Part shown: in pieces, positions 1 through 12,914 of the stretch
Layout: every line of letters begins with the position of its first letter
Position numbering within the stretch: the stretch's first letter is position 1
Assembly: GCA_951406725.2 (NCBI GenBank)
Contig: OX597818.1
Coordinates: 68,138,001 to 68,202,000 of the forward strand
Source: Octopus vulgaris
Lineage: Eukaryota
Direction: 5' to 3'
DNA: 64,000 nucleotides
Notes under the pieces: generated by a model
Database searches by the model: none
Told to the model about the DNA's origin: nothing
Seen by the model: only the letters and a program-made list of their open reading frames with translations
Position numbers and translations under genes: made by a program

Positions 1-490
1 TATGAATAAATATTTGGAGGGCATTTTTTCAGGCAGAGCCTACACGTGGAGCGTTATCCTTGGTACGGGACTCCAGAATCTATTATGGCCCAGGATACCC
101 TACATGTTATGTTCTTATTTGCACTACCTGGATTTACCTGGGATTATACATAAGGACCTATAACTTCACGGAATTACAAACCAACCTCCATAACCTCTGG
201 AAGATGATGAGCTGAGGATTTTATTTTCCTATATACTACTTTAATCTTTATTCTTCTATCTACTATCTTATTTCTTATAGACTGTGAATTTCCCTGTCTA
301 GAACTTTCTTACATACTCACCTTGTCTCTGGTGACGGACTACCCAGTGTACGGATATGGTAGCCTATCACTTGGGATATCACAGAAACAGCTCTAAGACT
401 TCAAATTCACCTTACCCTGATTAATTGTTCTAAATTACTTGAGATACCTGTCTTACCATGGTTTTTGTTGTTCTTTTTCCTCTAATATAA
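1..490 (+). mobile_element. Probable Penelope-like terminal repeat (pLTR) remnant carrying a degenerate hammerhead motif
   Basis: HHR-like motif at 324-399 followed by a T-rich tail ending at a short (TA) run, the same layout as other pLTR ends in the window. Confidence 0.5.
324..399 (+). ncRNA. Degenerate type I hammerhead motif with long stem II
   Basis: GUCU-CUGGUGA-(CCCAGUG...CACUUGGG)-GAAAC-AGCU-CUA-AGAC; stem I GUCU/AGAC; A6 and G16.2 mutated. Confidence 0.5.
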
Positions 491-669
491 TATATACCTG
501 GTAACACGGAAGCCTATTACAGATCCCTAGCTCCAGCCTCAGCCGTGAACTGTGAACCTACCGGAAGACCAGTTATAGCACTTCGTATACCTACTTGTTT
601 AGATCGCAAGTTAGCGAAATACCTCATATTATATTATATGTGTGCGTATATATGTATGTATATATGCGT

Positions 670-870
670 ATGCGTCTCTGTGTTTGTGTTCGTGTCACAG
701 TTTGACAGTAGCTGTTGGTTTGTTTACATCCTCATAACTTATCAGTTTGACAATCGGCACTTGATAGAATATGCACCAAACTGAAAGCAAATTTCCCCAA
801 CAAAACATTTGAAGTCGTTGCCCCAGAATGGCCACAATCAAATGACTCAAACGTGTGAAAGGATGAATAA
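670..870 (+). mobile_element. Old SINE 3' half
   Basis: ccccagaatggccacaatcaaatgactcaaacg matches the tail of the young copies at 27421-28250 and of 17901-18264. Confidence 0.65.
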
Positions 871-1309
871 CACGTGACCATGTCACATCAGATATACAGG
901 CGTATACATGCATCTTATATGCACACATGCATGCATCACACTTTACCTATTAGCGTAGGTCATGTGACAGTACTAAGTCTGAAGAATTCATATTTAAACT
1001 TTTCTGCCATGCTTAATGACATTTCGAAATAACCTTCTCGACAGGTGTTTAAACTATAATGTTTAGTTGCGGAGAATGTCTTCACTGCAGCTGAACTTTA
1101 GCGCATTATCATCTTTATGCTAAAAAGAAAAACACCAATACATTGGTGCCATTGGTTGTATGTTGAGCTGACATAAATATTATTTCCAATTGTGCACTCA
1201 CACACACATGCACACGGATATACGTGTTTACATACAGCAGGCGGACATATATATCCATATATATCATCATCATCATCAACATCATCGTTATATATATATA
1301 TATATATAT

Positions 1310-1698
1310 ATAAATTCGAAAAAAAGCACATTTTATCAATTCAAAATGAACAATTAAATTACACCATCTAGAAAATTACATATAATAGAAATATTAAAAT
1401 TAAAATAACAATTATATACCGATGATTAAGTGAATTGCCAAATAATAATAAAAACGTATATATTTATTATATTTTATTATCATTTTGCAATTTACTTAAT
1501 CATCGGTATATAATTGTTATTTTAATTTTAATATTTCTATTACATGTAATTTTCTAGATGGTGTAATTTAATTGTTCATTTTGAATTGATAAAAGGTGCT
1601 TTTTTTCTAATTTTTATACATATATTTATATTATATTTTGTGAAATTGAATTTTTCCCTGTAAGTTAGGAATAATATTCCCTCAAATAATAATTATAT
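1310..1698. repeat. Fold-back element (about 145-bp arms, 1310-1453/1472-1617) with asymmetric tail, inside (TA)n
   Basis: aaaaaagcacattttatcaattcaaaatgaac... mirrored by ...gttcattttgaattgataaaaggtgctttttt; few mismatches. Confidence 0.9.
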
Positions 1699-1713
1699 AC
1701 ATACATACATACA

Positions 1714-1744
<31 letters not shown>

Positions 1745-2192
1745 CAACTTCATCAGAAGCATTTGGCACATGACTTTTCATGCATGCATGAGTCATACAA
1801 TATTTCATAAGACAGATTTCGTACGGTTGGATGCTCTTCCTGTCAATAACATTCGCATGTTTCTAAGCAAGATAACATATCACTGTGGCCAGACTTGTTT
1901 TTACGGAAAATAAGAAACGAATTTCGCCATTAATATGTTGTCACTAGTTTACAACTATCGCATGGTGACAAGACAAGAAGACAACACGAGCACCCTCATA
2001 TACACACATATGTACACACCCATGTATGCTTATACGCAACGGGCATTTTTCAGTTTCCGATTGCAAAATCCACACAGAAGCCTTTCGTTAACATGAAACA
2101 CTGATAGAATGTATTTCTGCAAGTCCTGCACAATGGTACCGAACATGACACAGGGCAGCTGGGAAGCAAAATTATTAAACAAACGGCCACGT
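1745..2192 (-). mobile_element. Old tRNA-derived SINE with RTE-like tail
   Basis: Head resembles the 27680-27840 head; tail ggatgctcttcctgtc is shared with copies at 2940-3240 (+) and 4765-4890 (-). Confidence 0.6.
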
Positions 2193-2939
2193 ATATGTAA
2201 GCGTTTTTTGTATGTGTATATGTTTATATGTGTGAGTATAAATACACACTTACATATACAAATGTGCAATTAGCGGACTTTCTTGCTGGTTTTCAAGTGA
2301 GTGGAATGAGTACTGCCAATATGAGATTTGGGATGAGCAAGTCTTCAGTCTGTCCCAATGTCTCTATGCAAGTACACTTTGCCTAGAACGTGCAGACTGG
2401 TTTAGCTTCCTTTTTACCTGAACCAATTGCCTCCGCAAGCCCTACATTGTTTTACTTTTGCTTCTGTACCCACGCCGGGCCCCCGTCCCTTCTCAGCTTG
2501 CCAGCCTGCTGCCTCCTTTGTCTTCGTTCGTTTCTCCGGATAGATCTTTATCTTGAGAGCTGTTCTCCTCTAAACATATCTCCATCTTTGGTTTGTTTGG
2601 TTCCTGCAAGTGGACTTTTGCTTTATTCTCCTTGGACTGATGGTATTTACTTTGCATCATTCCTCCCTCACAGCATCCTTCTTGGATTCTATTGGGTTAA
2701 TATTTTCTTTTTCACCCTTTTGTGCCCTCTTTTTATGCTTCTTTCCTCTTCGTTTTCGCCTTCTCTCTCTCTCTCTCTTTCTCTCTCTTTATATATATAT
2801 ATGTCAATACATACATACAGCAACACATATATACGGTGTGTCCTGGCGTCTTGTGTTGATTTGCTTTGACTATGTAGAACCGTATGTGTCCATGTGTGTG
2901 TATATGTGTGTGTGGATGTATATCTGTGTACATGCATGT

Positions 2940-3295
2940 GCGCTTGTGTGTGTGCAGTTGTTCGTCTCTGTTTTTCGTGACATCTCGTTATGGTTGCAAA
3001 GACACATCACTCTCATAACAGCCGTGTTGTTGCCGTCTCCAGGCTTACGTGGAAATACATCCTATCGAAGGGAAATATTACTTTACTTCGGAAACAGGTG
3101 AGGGTTAGTCAGAGGAATGGAAGGAAGCCGTAGACAATACCTCGGCTAACTGCACCTAGCCTCTGTGATCATTGAAAAGTTGTCATTATGACGATGACGA
3201 CGACGACGACGATGATGATGATGATGATGATGATGTTAACGACGACGATGATGGCGGTGATGATGGTGATGATGACGATGATGATTGTGATGACC
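2940..3295 (+). mobile_element. SINE 3' part with RTE-like tail ending in (GAT)n
   Basis: ggaaacaggtgagggttagtcagaggaa...gccgtaga...gaaaagt followed by (GAC/GAT)n. Confidence 0.6.
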
Positions 3296-6117
3296 TTTGG
3301 AGCATGAGAATGTCACATTAGACTGCTGACAACAACAACTTCAAGAGCACGAACAACGATAATTGGTAGAAATTTTCAGCGAAACATCCTCTGACCTGTT
3401 TACTGATCTATCTAAATGAACGAATTTAAGAAGAAGAAAAAACAACTCACAACACAAAATATCTGATGAAAGTTTTTAGCTATTTATCAGTGAAAATTGC
3501 TATATTATGGCTCAATCTAATCATTGATGTCGATATTATGGTTGTGTTGTTGGCTGTAACATATGAACTTACAAATAATTAATAAACTGTCTTGTCTATA
3601 CGACCATCACTAATGAGATATTGAAATATTTATGGCTGATAAAAATACCAACAGAGTATTGCTAACAGACTGTACATTCAAACAAAAGCACGCATACGCA
3701 TACGCATATACATATATATTTATATTTGTGCACACACATACACATACACACATATCTACATATCCACATCTAGCTAGCTATATATGTATGTATTTATATC
3801 TCTCTTTCTTTCTCTCACTCTATATATATGTGTGTGTGTATGTGTACGTGTGTGTGTGCGCGTGTGTGCATGTGTGTGTAAGCATATATGTATATACACG
3901 CGCTATTTTCCAATAGTGAGAATAATTGCTCAACACCACACTGGTAGATCAATGTTTTTCATTTGTGATCTAAGGCTACCAATTGTCTCATGTGAAGAGA
4001 ACTTCACAATTCTTCAACTGTGTCACGTGGACGTATTGGTACTCCTCTCTATTTTGGATAATAGAGACAACTACTAACACTTCCATGTGGCACGCATAAA
4101 CAATTGTGAAGATCGATTCTCATAAAACCATTGGTTGCCTCATTAAGCAACAACATGTGTGTATATATGTGTGCGCACGTGTGTATGTCTGTGTGCGTGT
4201 GTTTGTGTGTGTGTGTGCACACGTGCGTGTGTGTATATATAAACACATGACCATATATGTATGTATGTACGTATGTTTATAGCATTTTTTGTCTTCATCA
4301 ACTTTTAAAATCCACGTTCCATTCTTGCATTGGTTGGATATTCTCACAGGATATTTCAGGGCCAAGGACATCATCATATTCAACTGTCTGCTTTGGTGTG
4401 GTTTCTATAGCTGGATGCTCTTCCTATCGCCAACCAGTCTTCGGTGTGTACTGACTTATTTTTCACACCACCAGCATTTGTGAAATTGCTATGTAGCTTG
4501 CAAGATTATGAACCTCATGAGAAGTGGCTTTATGCTATAATATCAGCATCAATGATTAGATTGAGCCAGAATAAAGTAATTATCACAAATAGCTAAAAAT
4601 TCATTTGATATTCTGTCTCACAAGAATTTTTCCTATGTTCATTCAACACATCATAGAATTTATAACCAACAACTTATATGTTGTTGCTGATAATATTGAC
4701 ATTACTGCTGTTATTCTTGTTATTGCTTTCAGCAGTTTCATGTGAATTTCTTCATGCTCTAGAGGTCATCATCATCGTTATTGTAAAGCTTCCTTTTTCC
4801 TGGTCGCATGGGTCGATGGTAATTAGTGAGGAAGATTGTCTACAGCCGGATGTCCTTCCTCTCACCAACCTTCCCCTGTTTCCAGCTTAATATTGTCCCT
4901 TAGTGGGGCATTTGTTTGTGAATAAGACTGTTTAGAGTTTGCGTTGTGTTATATTGTTTCATAATGATTCCATAGTTTATGTGTTGTGGGAATCGTATTA
5001 TTTCATTGGTTGTTTACTTTTTAAGGTCTGATTTACATGCATAGAATGCAATATTTCAATTGTGTTCACAGCTCTCAAATATATCCTGTACGATGTGGGT
5101 TGTGACACTTTTGAGAGTCTGTATAACATTGTGAGCCTTAAAATGGTTTGTCTGATTTTATTCATTGAAACAGAGTAGATTCGAACCTCAATCAGCAAAT
5201 TTCCCATAATACTTCAACGGTACTTTTCTCAAAGAGGAACAATAGTGACAACAATACATTTACCATATGGCTTTTCTAAGCCGATTTTTGTCTTTGCCAC
5301 TTGACCCTTCTAACCACTTGTATGCGACGGAGAATGGAACTGAGATAATAGTCGGACCCCCAAAGTATATCCATTGTCTTTGCATTATATCTATTGTTCT
5401 AATTAGTTTTCTATAGTTATAAATACTAGAATTTCGTAAGACAAAATCAGTTGGTGAACGGAGGCAAATAGAGATGGCCACGGGCAGACAGCCAGTCGAG
5501 GAGACAAACGGCCAGGGGGAGACAGAAAACAGTCAGCCCATATGATATGTACAACTGCCCTCTTCATTCTCTTTCACTATCTCACTATCTTTTCTCTACA
5601 ACATTACCCTGTCTCTATCTGTGGATTTCTACTACACAATGACGTGAACACAAATACACCTGTACAAGAAAAATCTACGATATCTCTCTTTACCTCGCAT
5701 GCTTTACGATTTATATTTTACCAACCCGTTGTGGTTCGGTTATATATATAAAATTATATATATATATATATATAAAATAATATTCGTTTACAACTTCGAT
5801 CACTGTTCTTCCTTCCCTTTGCCTATATTTTCTAGACCTACTATTGTTATTTTGTAGTCGTCTTCTGTTTTTATAAACCCAGTCTTTCTTGAACACAGGC
5901 CAGGTATATTCTATTTATGTGATCCTTTCAGGCGTGGCTTCAGAATAATCCTGGTAGTTTTTTAGATTGCTTGTTCTGTTTCTGTTCTTCAATTCATTCG
6001 ACTCTCAATTCTATAAGATGGAAGTGTACTTTATAACTGGAATGGCTAACATATGTATACCTATTACTGCACTTCTAAAATTATTGTGATCAATTTTTAG
6101 TTTTAGACGAACTCTTA

Positions 6118-6312
6118 GGGCGGCGAGCTGCAAGAATCGTTAGCCCACGGGAGAAATAATCCGTCGCATTTTGTCGGTCTTTACGTTCTGAGTTCAAATT
6201 CCACCGAGGTCCACCTTGTCTTCATTCTTTCGAAATCGATGTAATAAGTCGATGTAATCAGCTTAGCTCCTTCCCCAAAACTGCTGTTCTTGTGCCAAAA
6301 TTGAAATAAATA
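6118..6312 (+). mobile_element. tRNA-derived SINE with target-site duplication
   Basis: ggcggcgagctg head, B-box gagttcaaattcc; flanks ttagacgaact/ttagactaact; homologous to 26741-27082 and 58492-58708. Confidence 0.8.
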
Positions 6313-6330
6313 TTAGACTAACTTTTCTAT

Positions 6331-6473
6331 TCATTATTTACATTCTTTTCGTTAGACGGATATTTGTCTTCATCTTGTTTGTTGTTAACACAGTTGTGTT
6401 AACAACAAACCAAATGAGGACAAACATCCGTCAAATGTAAATAATGTACGTAACTCCTCATCCCTTAAATATA
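6331..6473. mobile_element. Short fold-back of the 3' part of the HHR-SINE family seen at 59846-60500
   Basis: Arms 6332-6392/6395-6446; sequence matches 60435-60499; flanking direct repeat taacttttctat at 6319-6330 and 6474-6485. Confidence 0.85.
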
Positions 6474-8339
6474 TAACTTTTCTATGATAATCTTTTCTAA
6501 TTTTCTATGTAGTGTTTCATCAGCTTCTAATCCCAAATGGCTGTTTTTGACCATAAATATCGCTTCCCAGAAGTTTTTGACTGCTCTAGTATATGTTATT
6601 TCCCAATAGTTGGACGATAAACTTGTTGTAAAGGAGGAATGCTGGAGAACGTGGACATAAGTGATTTATATGTAGCTAGCAATCAGGTTAAAGGTTTATA
6701 GATATGACAGTTTCTGATAATTTTGTTTTGCGGCAATTATTTTAGTTCACATCTTAGACGTAACTTCAGATATTGATAGATTCGAGTTTGATCATTATCA
6801 GGTCCTTGTATACTGCACCGGTATATTCACTGATCTGGGGACTTTAACCGGAGATAATCCCAAAGCATACATAATGGCTTCTGAGCTACGATGACCCACA
6901 TTTGCGGTGCTCTTATACAGTTTCCTCCTTTCTGGCCTAGATTTGCTCCTCATATTGTACTGGATGTTTCCGTTTCTCCTTCCATACCAGTTTGCTTGAA
7001 TTTCCACTGATGTTGGTGTGACTTTCGCATCGTTTTTTTTTCTTTCTTTTTTGCTTATGTCAGTAAATTCTTTTCGCCTTTGATTCACATACCTTGTATC
7101 TTTTTTTTTTCAGAAAGAAGTGCGCATGTCTTTTAAATGCTTTTATCTTGCCTGGTTTGGCTTTTAGGATTTGTTTAAACTTTTCTTTAGCTTTTAGATT
7201 CTCTTCCATTTCATTGATGTTACATTTTTTATGTTATTTCATTTCTCGTTTCTTTTTAATCTTCAAACCCTCTTTCTCCGTGTCCTTACATAGAGATCAG
7301 TGATTCCTTTTTCCCAAAATGTTTTGAAGTATACATATTCCCAATATTTGTGTTAGATTCGTCTCAGGAGGCTCTGACTCTGTTAAGTCCATGCCTGGCT
7401 TCCATCGATACAAACACAGCTACTGAGCAGATTAAATCAATCTGTTTTTTGAGATTAAGATTATTTATTTTTTTATTTACATAAACAAAATTTGTTGCAC
7501 AGTTTTTTTACATTTTTATCAAGCTGTTTGTATATAGCACGGACAGTTATTTACATTGATATATGATTTTGTCATGGACTTTTCGGCTTTATTGCTTGTT
7601 TTTGTCGGGCTCTGATCACTGATGTTATATTGTTCCAGGTCTTTTCATTAAGATTTCAAATTCTACCAAGGTCAGTTTTTGCTTTTATACTTCTTGGTCA
7701 ATTATATAACCGCAATCAACAATTAAGGTTAATTTATAGACACATCTCCTCTGTAAGCTGACAGAATTGTTTCCATGCCAGATAGAAGTTTTCGCAGTGA
7801 TTTTCCCAGCTTCCAGTTTTGTGTTCAATTAATGCTGAAGTCGCAATTGTCTATCACATTATTGGAGTCAGTAAAATAAATAACAGCCGAGCACACGAGT
7901 CAATATAATCAACTTGGCCCTGCCACTCCCAAATGTCAAGCTTTGTGTCTATAATAGAAAGATTTATTATTATTATTATTATTATTATAATTATTATTAT
8001 TATTATTGTTGTTGTTGTTGTTGTTGTTGTTATTATCATTTTTAGTATTATTATTATCCTTATTAGTATTATATTCTCTTTGCACAGCTTCTAACGCTGG
8101 AGCTGTACTACGGTGCCAGCTGTTCACTACCAGTGAACTAAGGTAACAACCCTTTTTCGAGCACCATCCGGAGTATACCAGCGGTTCCAGCTGTTTTCTG
8201 CAAGTGATCCACCCTTATTGCAGCCCCTATTTGTTCCATGTTCTTTTCAAGATTTTTATTCACTATTCTCAGACCTCCGTCAATTATTGGTGCTACTACC
8301 ACCATTTTCAGCAGCCACCACTGTTTAACCTCCCAAGCT

Positions 8340-9010
8340 AACCTGTCATATCTATCGACTTTTCTTTCTTCTTTATCGCATACCTTGTTGTAAGCTGGGC
8401 ATGCAGACTAAGGTGGCACTTGTTTACTGGTGATGTTTCAAGAACCCTGTGAAGAATTCTTGCAGTTCCAGGCAATGCTGATTTTTTAAGGTGTTCTACC
8501 TTCACACTTGCACCGATCTTTTTCAGCCATGTTGGTAGTTGAGTGCTGATACTTCCAAGTACACCAATTACTATTGATATCACCGGCTATTCTCTTCATT
8601 GACCATAAACCTCGTATTCCCCACTTCAAATCGTCATAGTTGTTTATTGTTTCTTCTTCTTTCACATTGATTATACTGTCACCAGGGCATGATACGTCGA
8701 TAATCATACAGGTTCTTTCTATTTTATCCCTCACAGCAATGTCCCGTACCGAAGTCTCGTCGGGTGATCACACCGGATTACTATTAAACCTCGTATTCAC
8801 CGGATTACTGCATGCCATCCCAAAGGCTTTTGCAGTGTTCATTTTCAGTGACACCTTCTGGAATTTTTTCACAGCATTTGTTTGCTCTTTCTAGGCCGGG
8901 ATTTCCATATTAACTCCCAATGAACCATTCTTGCCACTTTCTTGTATTCGCATTGTGCCAATTTCGGGCATTCGCTAATGAGTGCTTCTGTCTCTATCTT
9001 CAGGTCACTC
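8340..9010 (-). pseudogene. R4/Dong-like LINE C-terminus (restriction-like endonuclease), frameshifted
   Basis: SDLKIETEALI, ISECPKLAQCEYK, CMIIDVSCPGD...KEEE...YDDL, IVIGVLG, KKSALPGTARILHRVL. Confidence 0.85.
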
Positions 9011-9774
9011 CTACATGACTTTGAGACTCAGTCTCAACGTATGGCTCACCACTTCACCCTACGTGGATACCCCCTCACCACTATCCACACCGCCCTTGCC
9101 AGAGCACGGTCCGTGGACCGTGTATCTGCTCTCTCTCCCCGAACCCGCCCTGTAGTCTCCCGCCTCCCTTTTCCCCTCACTTACCACCCCACGACCCTAC
9201 GTCTCCAACGCACCATTCTTCGAGCTTTCCGTCATCTCCAGTCCGACCCGTCCACTTCACACCTCTTCCCTAACCGACCCCTCCCCTCTTTCAAACGAGC
9301 CCACAACCTTCGAGACCTTTTGGTCCATAGCTCCTTCCCTGACCCTACCTCCCAACCCGGCTCGTTCCCCTGCTCCCGCCCACGTTGCCGCACTTGCCCT
9401 TACCTCTCCAACACCACCCGCCTCACTAGCACCCACCATCGACCCTATCCCATCATCCACTCCTTCACCTGCACCTCCAGCAATATTATCTATTGCATCT
9501 CTTGCTCTCTCTGCAATTCCTTGTACATCGGACAAGCGGGACGCCGCTTGGCTGACCGGTTCGCGGAACACCTTCGTGACATCCACCTTGCGAACGACAC
9601 ACCGGTCTCACGCCATTTCCGCTCCACCGGTCACTCCTTGCAACACCTATCTGTGTTCGGTTTGTCCTTACACAGAGGCCATCCGGATTCCCGTTTGCGC
9701 CGTGAACAGGAATTAATCTTCTCTCTTCGCTCTTATACGCCATTTGGTCTCAACTACCCCCCCTCCTCATCTAA
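9011..9774 (+). CDS. 5'-truncated Penelope-like retroelement (Neptune-type): RT thumb, Cys-rich Zn linker, GIY-YIG endonuclease
   Basis: About 250 stop-free codons: LRGYP, LTYHP, FKRAHNLRDLLVHS, CSRPRCRTC, FTCTSSNIIYCISCSLC..LYIGQ.GRRLADRFAEH, RREQELI, GLN; the ORF-track N-terminus (8942-9010) is antisense LINE and the C-terminus is CT-rich run-on. Confidence 0.92.
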
Positions 9775-10769
9775 CCCCCCTCTCCCCCTCCTCACCTATC
9801 CTTTCCCCCCGACCCCTACTTCTTCAGTCCTTCATCCTTTCACCCCTTCCCTCTTCCCTCTTTCTCCCTCCCTCTTCCCCTTCCCTCTGCTCCCTCCCTC
9901 CCTCTCTCCCCTTCTCTCTCCCCCTCTCCCTCTTTCCTCCTTCATCCCCCCTCCTCCCCTTCCTTCTCACCATCCTATCCTCCCCTCTTCTTCCCCTCCC
10001 CTTCCTTCTCACCATCCTCTCCTCCCCTCTTCTTCCCCTCCCCTTCTCTCCCCCACTCTTCTCCCCCTCCCCCTCTTCTCCTCACTACACCACATGACTT
10101 TACACATCACATCACATATGATGTGCCATACTAATACATACACCAACTAATACATACTAATACGTACTAATACATACTAGTACATACTAATACATACACC
10201 AACCCTATACATACACACGTCCAGACCCCGCATACACACTTATACTCTCTCATACACACACACACACACTTATACATACTAATACGTACTAATACATACT
10301 AATACATACTAATACATACACTAACCCCATACATACGCACGTCCAGACCAATCCTACGCACTAATACTCTCTCATACACACACACACACACACACACCCT
10401 TATACATACTAATACATACACCAACCCTATACATACACACATCCAGACCCCTCCTACGCACTATTAGCTGGTCCCTCAACCCTATTATCAACCCTATTAT
10501 ATCTCCTTATTTCGCTCTCGCGTCTCATGTTTGATCTTTGACCTCTGGCCGAAATCAGATCGCCATGTTGATTCGTTAGCTACTGCACGCATTTTTTTTC
10601 TCTCCTTCTTTCTGTGTTTTTTTCTCTCTGTGTATCTTTCTGTTGAAGAGCGTAGGCTCCAAACGTTAAAGACTTGTTTTATTTATATTTCCTGAGCGCC
10701 ATACTAATACAATTGTTCGTTTGTTTTCCACCTGCCTTCGTCTTTTGTTTATTTTCATAAAGCTTCCCG

Positions 10770-10770
<1 letters not shown>
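9775..10770 (+). mobile_element. 3' UTR/pLTR of the Penelope-like element (CT-rich tract, CATA-rich tandem units of about 120 bp, HHR, ends at (TA)n)
   Basis: Contiguous with the GIY-YIG ORF; homologous to 57780-58180. Confidence 0.75.
10635..10672 (+). ncRNA. Minimal hammerhead motif (probably inactivated, G12 to C)
   Basis: UCUUU-CUGUUGA-A-GAGC GUAG GCUC-CAAAC-GUU-AAAGA; stem I 5 bp, stem II 4 bp. Confidence 0.7.
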
Positions 10771-10816
<46 letters not shown>

Positions 10817-11201
10817 CATACATACACACACATACATACATATATACACACATACATACACACATACATACATAGATACATACATAAACAAACATACATA
10901 TACATACATACATACATACATACACACATACACACACACGCACGCACACATACATACATACACACACATACATACACACACACGTACATACATACACACA
11001 CACACACTTACACACACACACACATACATACACACATACATACATACATACATACACACACATACACATACACACACACATACATACACATACAAACGCA
11101 CATACATACACATACATATACACACATACACACACACACATACACACATATATATATGCATACATACACACATACACACATACACGCATGCACACATACA
11201 T

Positions 11202-11232
<31 letters not shown>

Positions 11233-12110
11233 TACACACACACACATACACACACACACATATACACACACATACACACATACATACATACACACACATA
11301 CATACATACATACATACATACACACATACACACACATGCACACATATATACATACACACACGCATACATACACACACATACATACACATACACATACATA
11401 CATACACACATACAAACATACACACACATACGTACACACATACATACATAGATACATACATACACATACATATACATACATACATACACACACACATACA
11501 TGCATGCACACATACATACATACATACACATACATACACACACACACTTACACACATACACACAAACATACATACATACACACATATAAACATATGAACA
11601 CACATATAAGCCTCTACATTGTACACACACGCACACATATATACATACATTCACTCGCACGCACGTACACATACACACATTTATACATACATTCACTCGC
11701 ACGCACGTACACACACACGCACACACACACACATTTACATATATATACTATACACGCACACACATACACACGTACAAACACACACAAACTCACATACACA
11801 CCGACAGATATACATACACAATATACACCCATCCGCGCACGCACACATACACATAAACACATACAAACGCACACATACACGCGCACACATACACGTACAT
11901 ACATACACACTCACACAAATGAACCCACACATACATCCCTACACACACACATGCACGTACAAGCACACACGCACACATACACTAGGTTAAGCACAGTTAC
12001 TCGCCACACACCCAAACTCTACGCATACACACACGAACACACACATGCACACACACACACACACTACAAACAACACACACATGATACATATACTTACACG
12101 CACACACATA
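10771..12110. repeat. (TA)n followed by a degenerate (CA)/(TACA)n compound microsatellite
   Basis: Direct reading; source of the HTY/CVY ORFs. Confidence 0.95.
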
Positions 12111-12284
12111 TACCCCTTTGTTTTTTGACCTGGTTTTGACCTGGCTGGATACAACAAGTGCCACTCCTTTATGACAGCTAGCTTGCTATGCCTATTATTC
12201 ACCATACATACACACACACACTCACACGCAAGCACGCACAAACACACTTGTCATCCTTGCACACACACACACACACACACACAG

Positions 12285-12573
12285 CCTTGTCTTTGAAACT
12301 CTCTTGTTTTTAAAAATCATGATTCGTCTACCTCTCAACTTCTGTTCTTTCAACATGTGATCTCTTGAGCACCACCAGCAAAAATATTTTTTTCCTCTGT
12401 CTTCCCTTCTCGGGATCTTTCCTTCTCCTTGTTTCCGACGAAGAGCTCCGCTCGAAACGTTAAACCCTCCTTCCCTTATTTCCTGAGCGTCAAATAATAC
12501 TTTATTTGTTCCACGTCCTCGCGTTGCTGTGTTTTTTCTGTGTTTTTTTCTGTGTTTTCTTGCTTGGATTAAC
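12285..12573 (+). mobile_element. Penelope-like pLTR end with HHR, ending at (TA)n
   Basis: Post-HHR tail ttcctgagcgtc...ccacgtcctcgcgttgctgtg is shared with 52640-52745 (-). Confidence 0.75.
12431..12465 (+). ncRNA. Minimal hammerhead motif (U4 to C variant)
   Basis: GUUU-CCGACGA-A-GAGC UCC GCUC-GAAAC-GUU-AAAC; stems I and II perfect; palindromic AACGUU stem III. Confidence 0.75.
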
Positions 12574-12667
<94 letters not shown>

Positions 12668-12799
12668 TATATATACATACCTGTATATATATATATATGT
12701 ATATATATAAATATATTATATGCATACATGTATATATATATATGTATATATGCATGTATATATATACATATATATGTATCTATGTACATATATATAATG

Positions 12800-12913
<114 letters not shown>

Positions 12914-12914
12914 T

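Larger units (their letters stand above)
5250..7100 (-). pseudogene. Highly decayed R4/Dong-like non-LTR retrotransposon RT region, interrupted by three insertions
   Basis: Minus-strand remnants TPTSVEIQANW, HLGLEADETLHRKLEK, IGIHMLAIPVIKY resemble R4/Dong RT motifs; many stops and frameshifts. Confidence 0.55.

Noticed and set aside
3455-3505. CUGAUGA...GAAA as a hammerhead
   Set aside because: No stem I, II or III pairing; the same applies to isolated boxes near 16680, 24108, 36200, 53800 and 59186
8942-10150. 402-aa ORF as one intact gene
   Set aside because: Chimeric: antisense LINE start, truncated PLE middle, CT-rich run-on; no RT catalytic domain
10666-12247. Long ORFs of up to 472 aa rich in H/T/Y or C/V/M
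   Set aside because: Translations of (CA)/(TACA)n microsatellite, open in several frames on both strands
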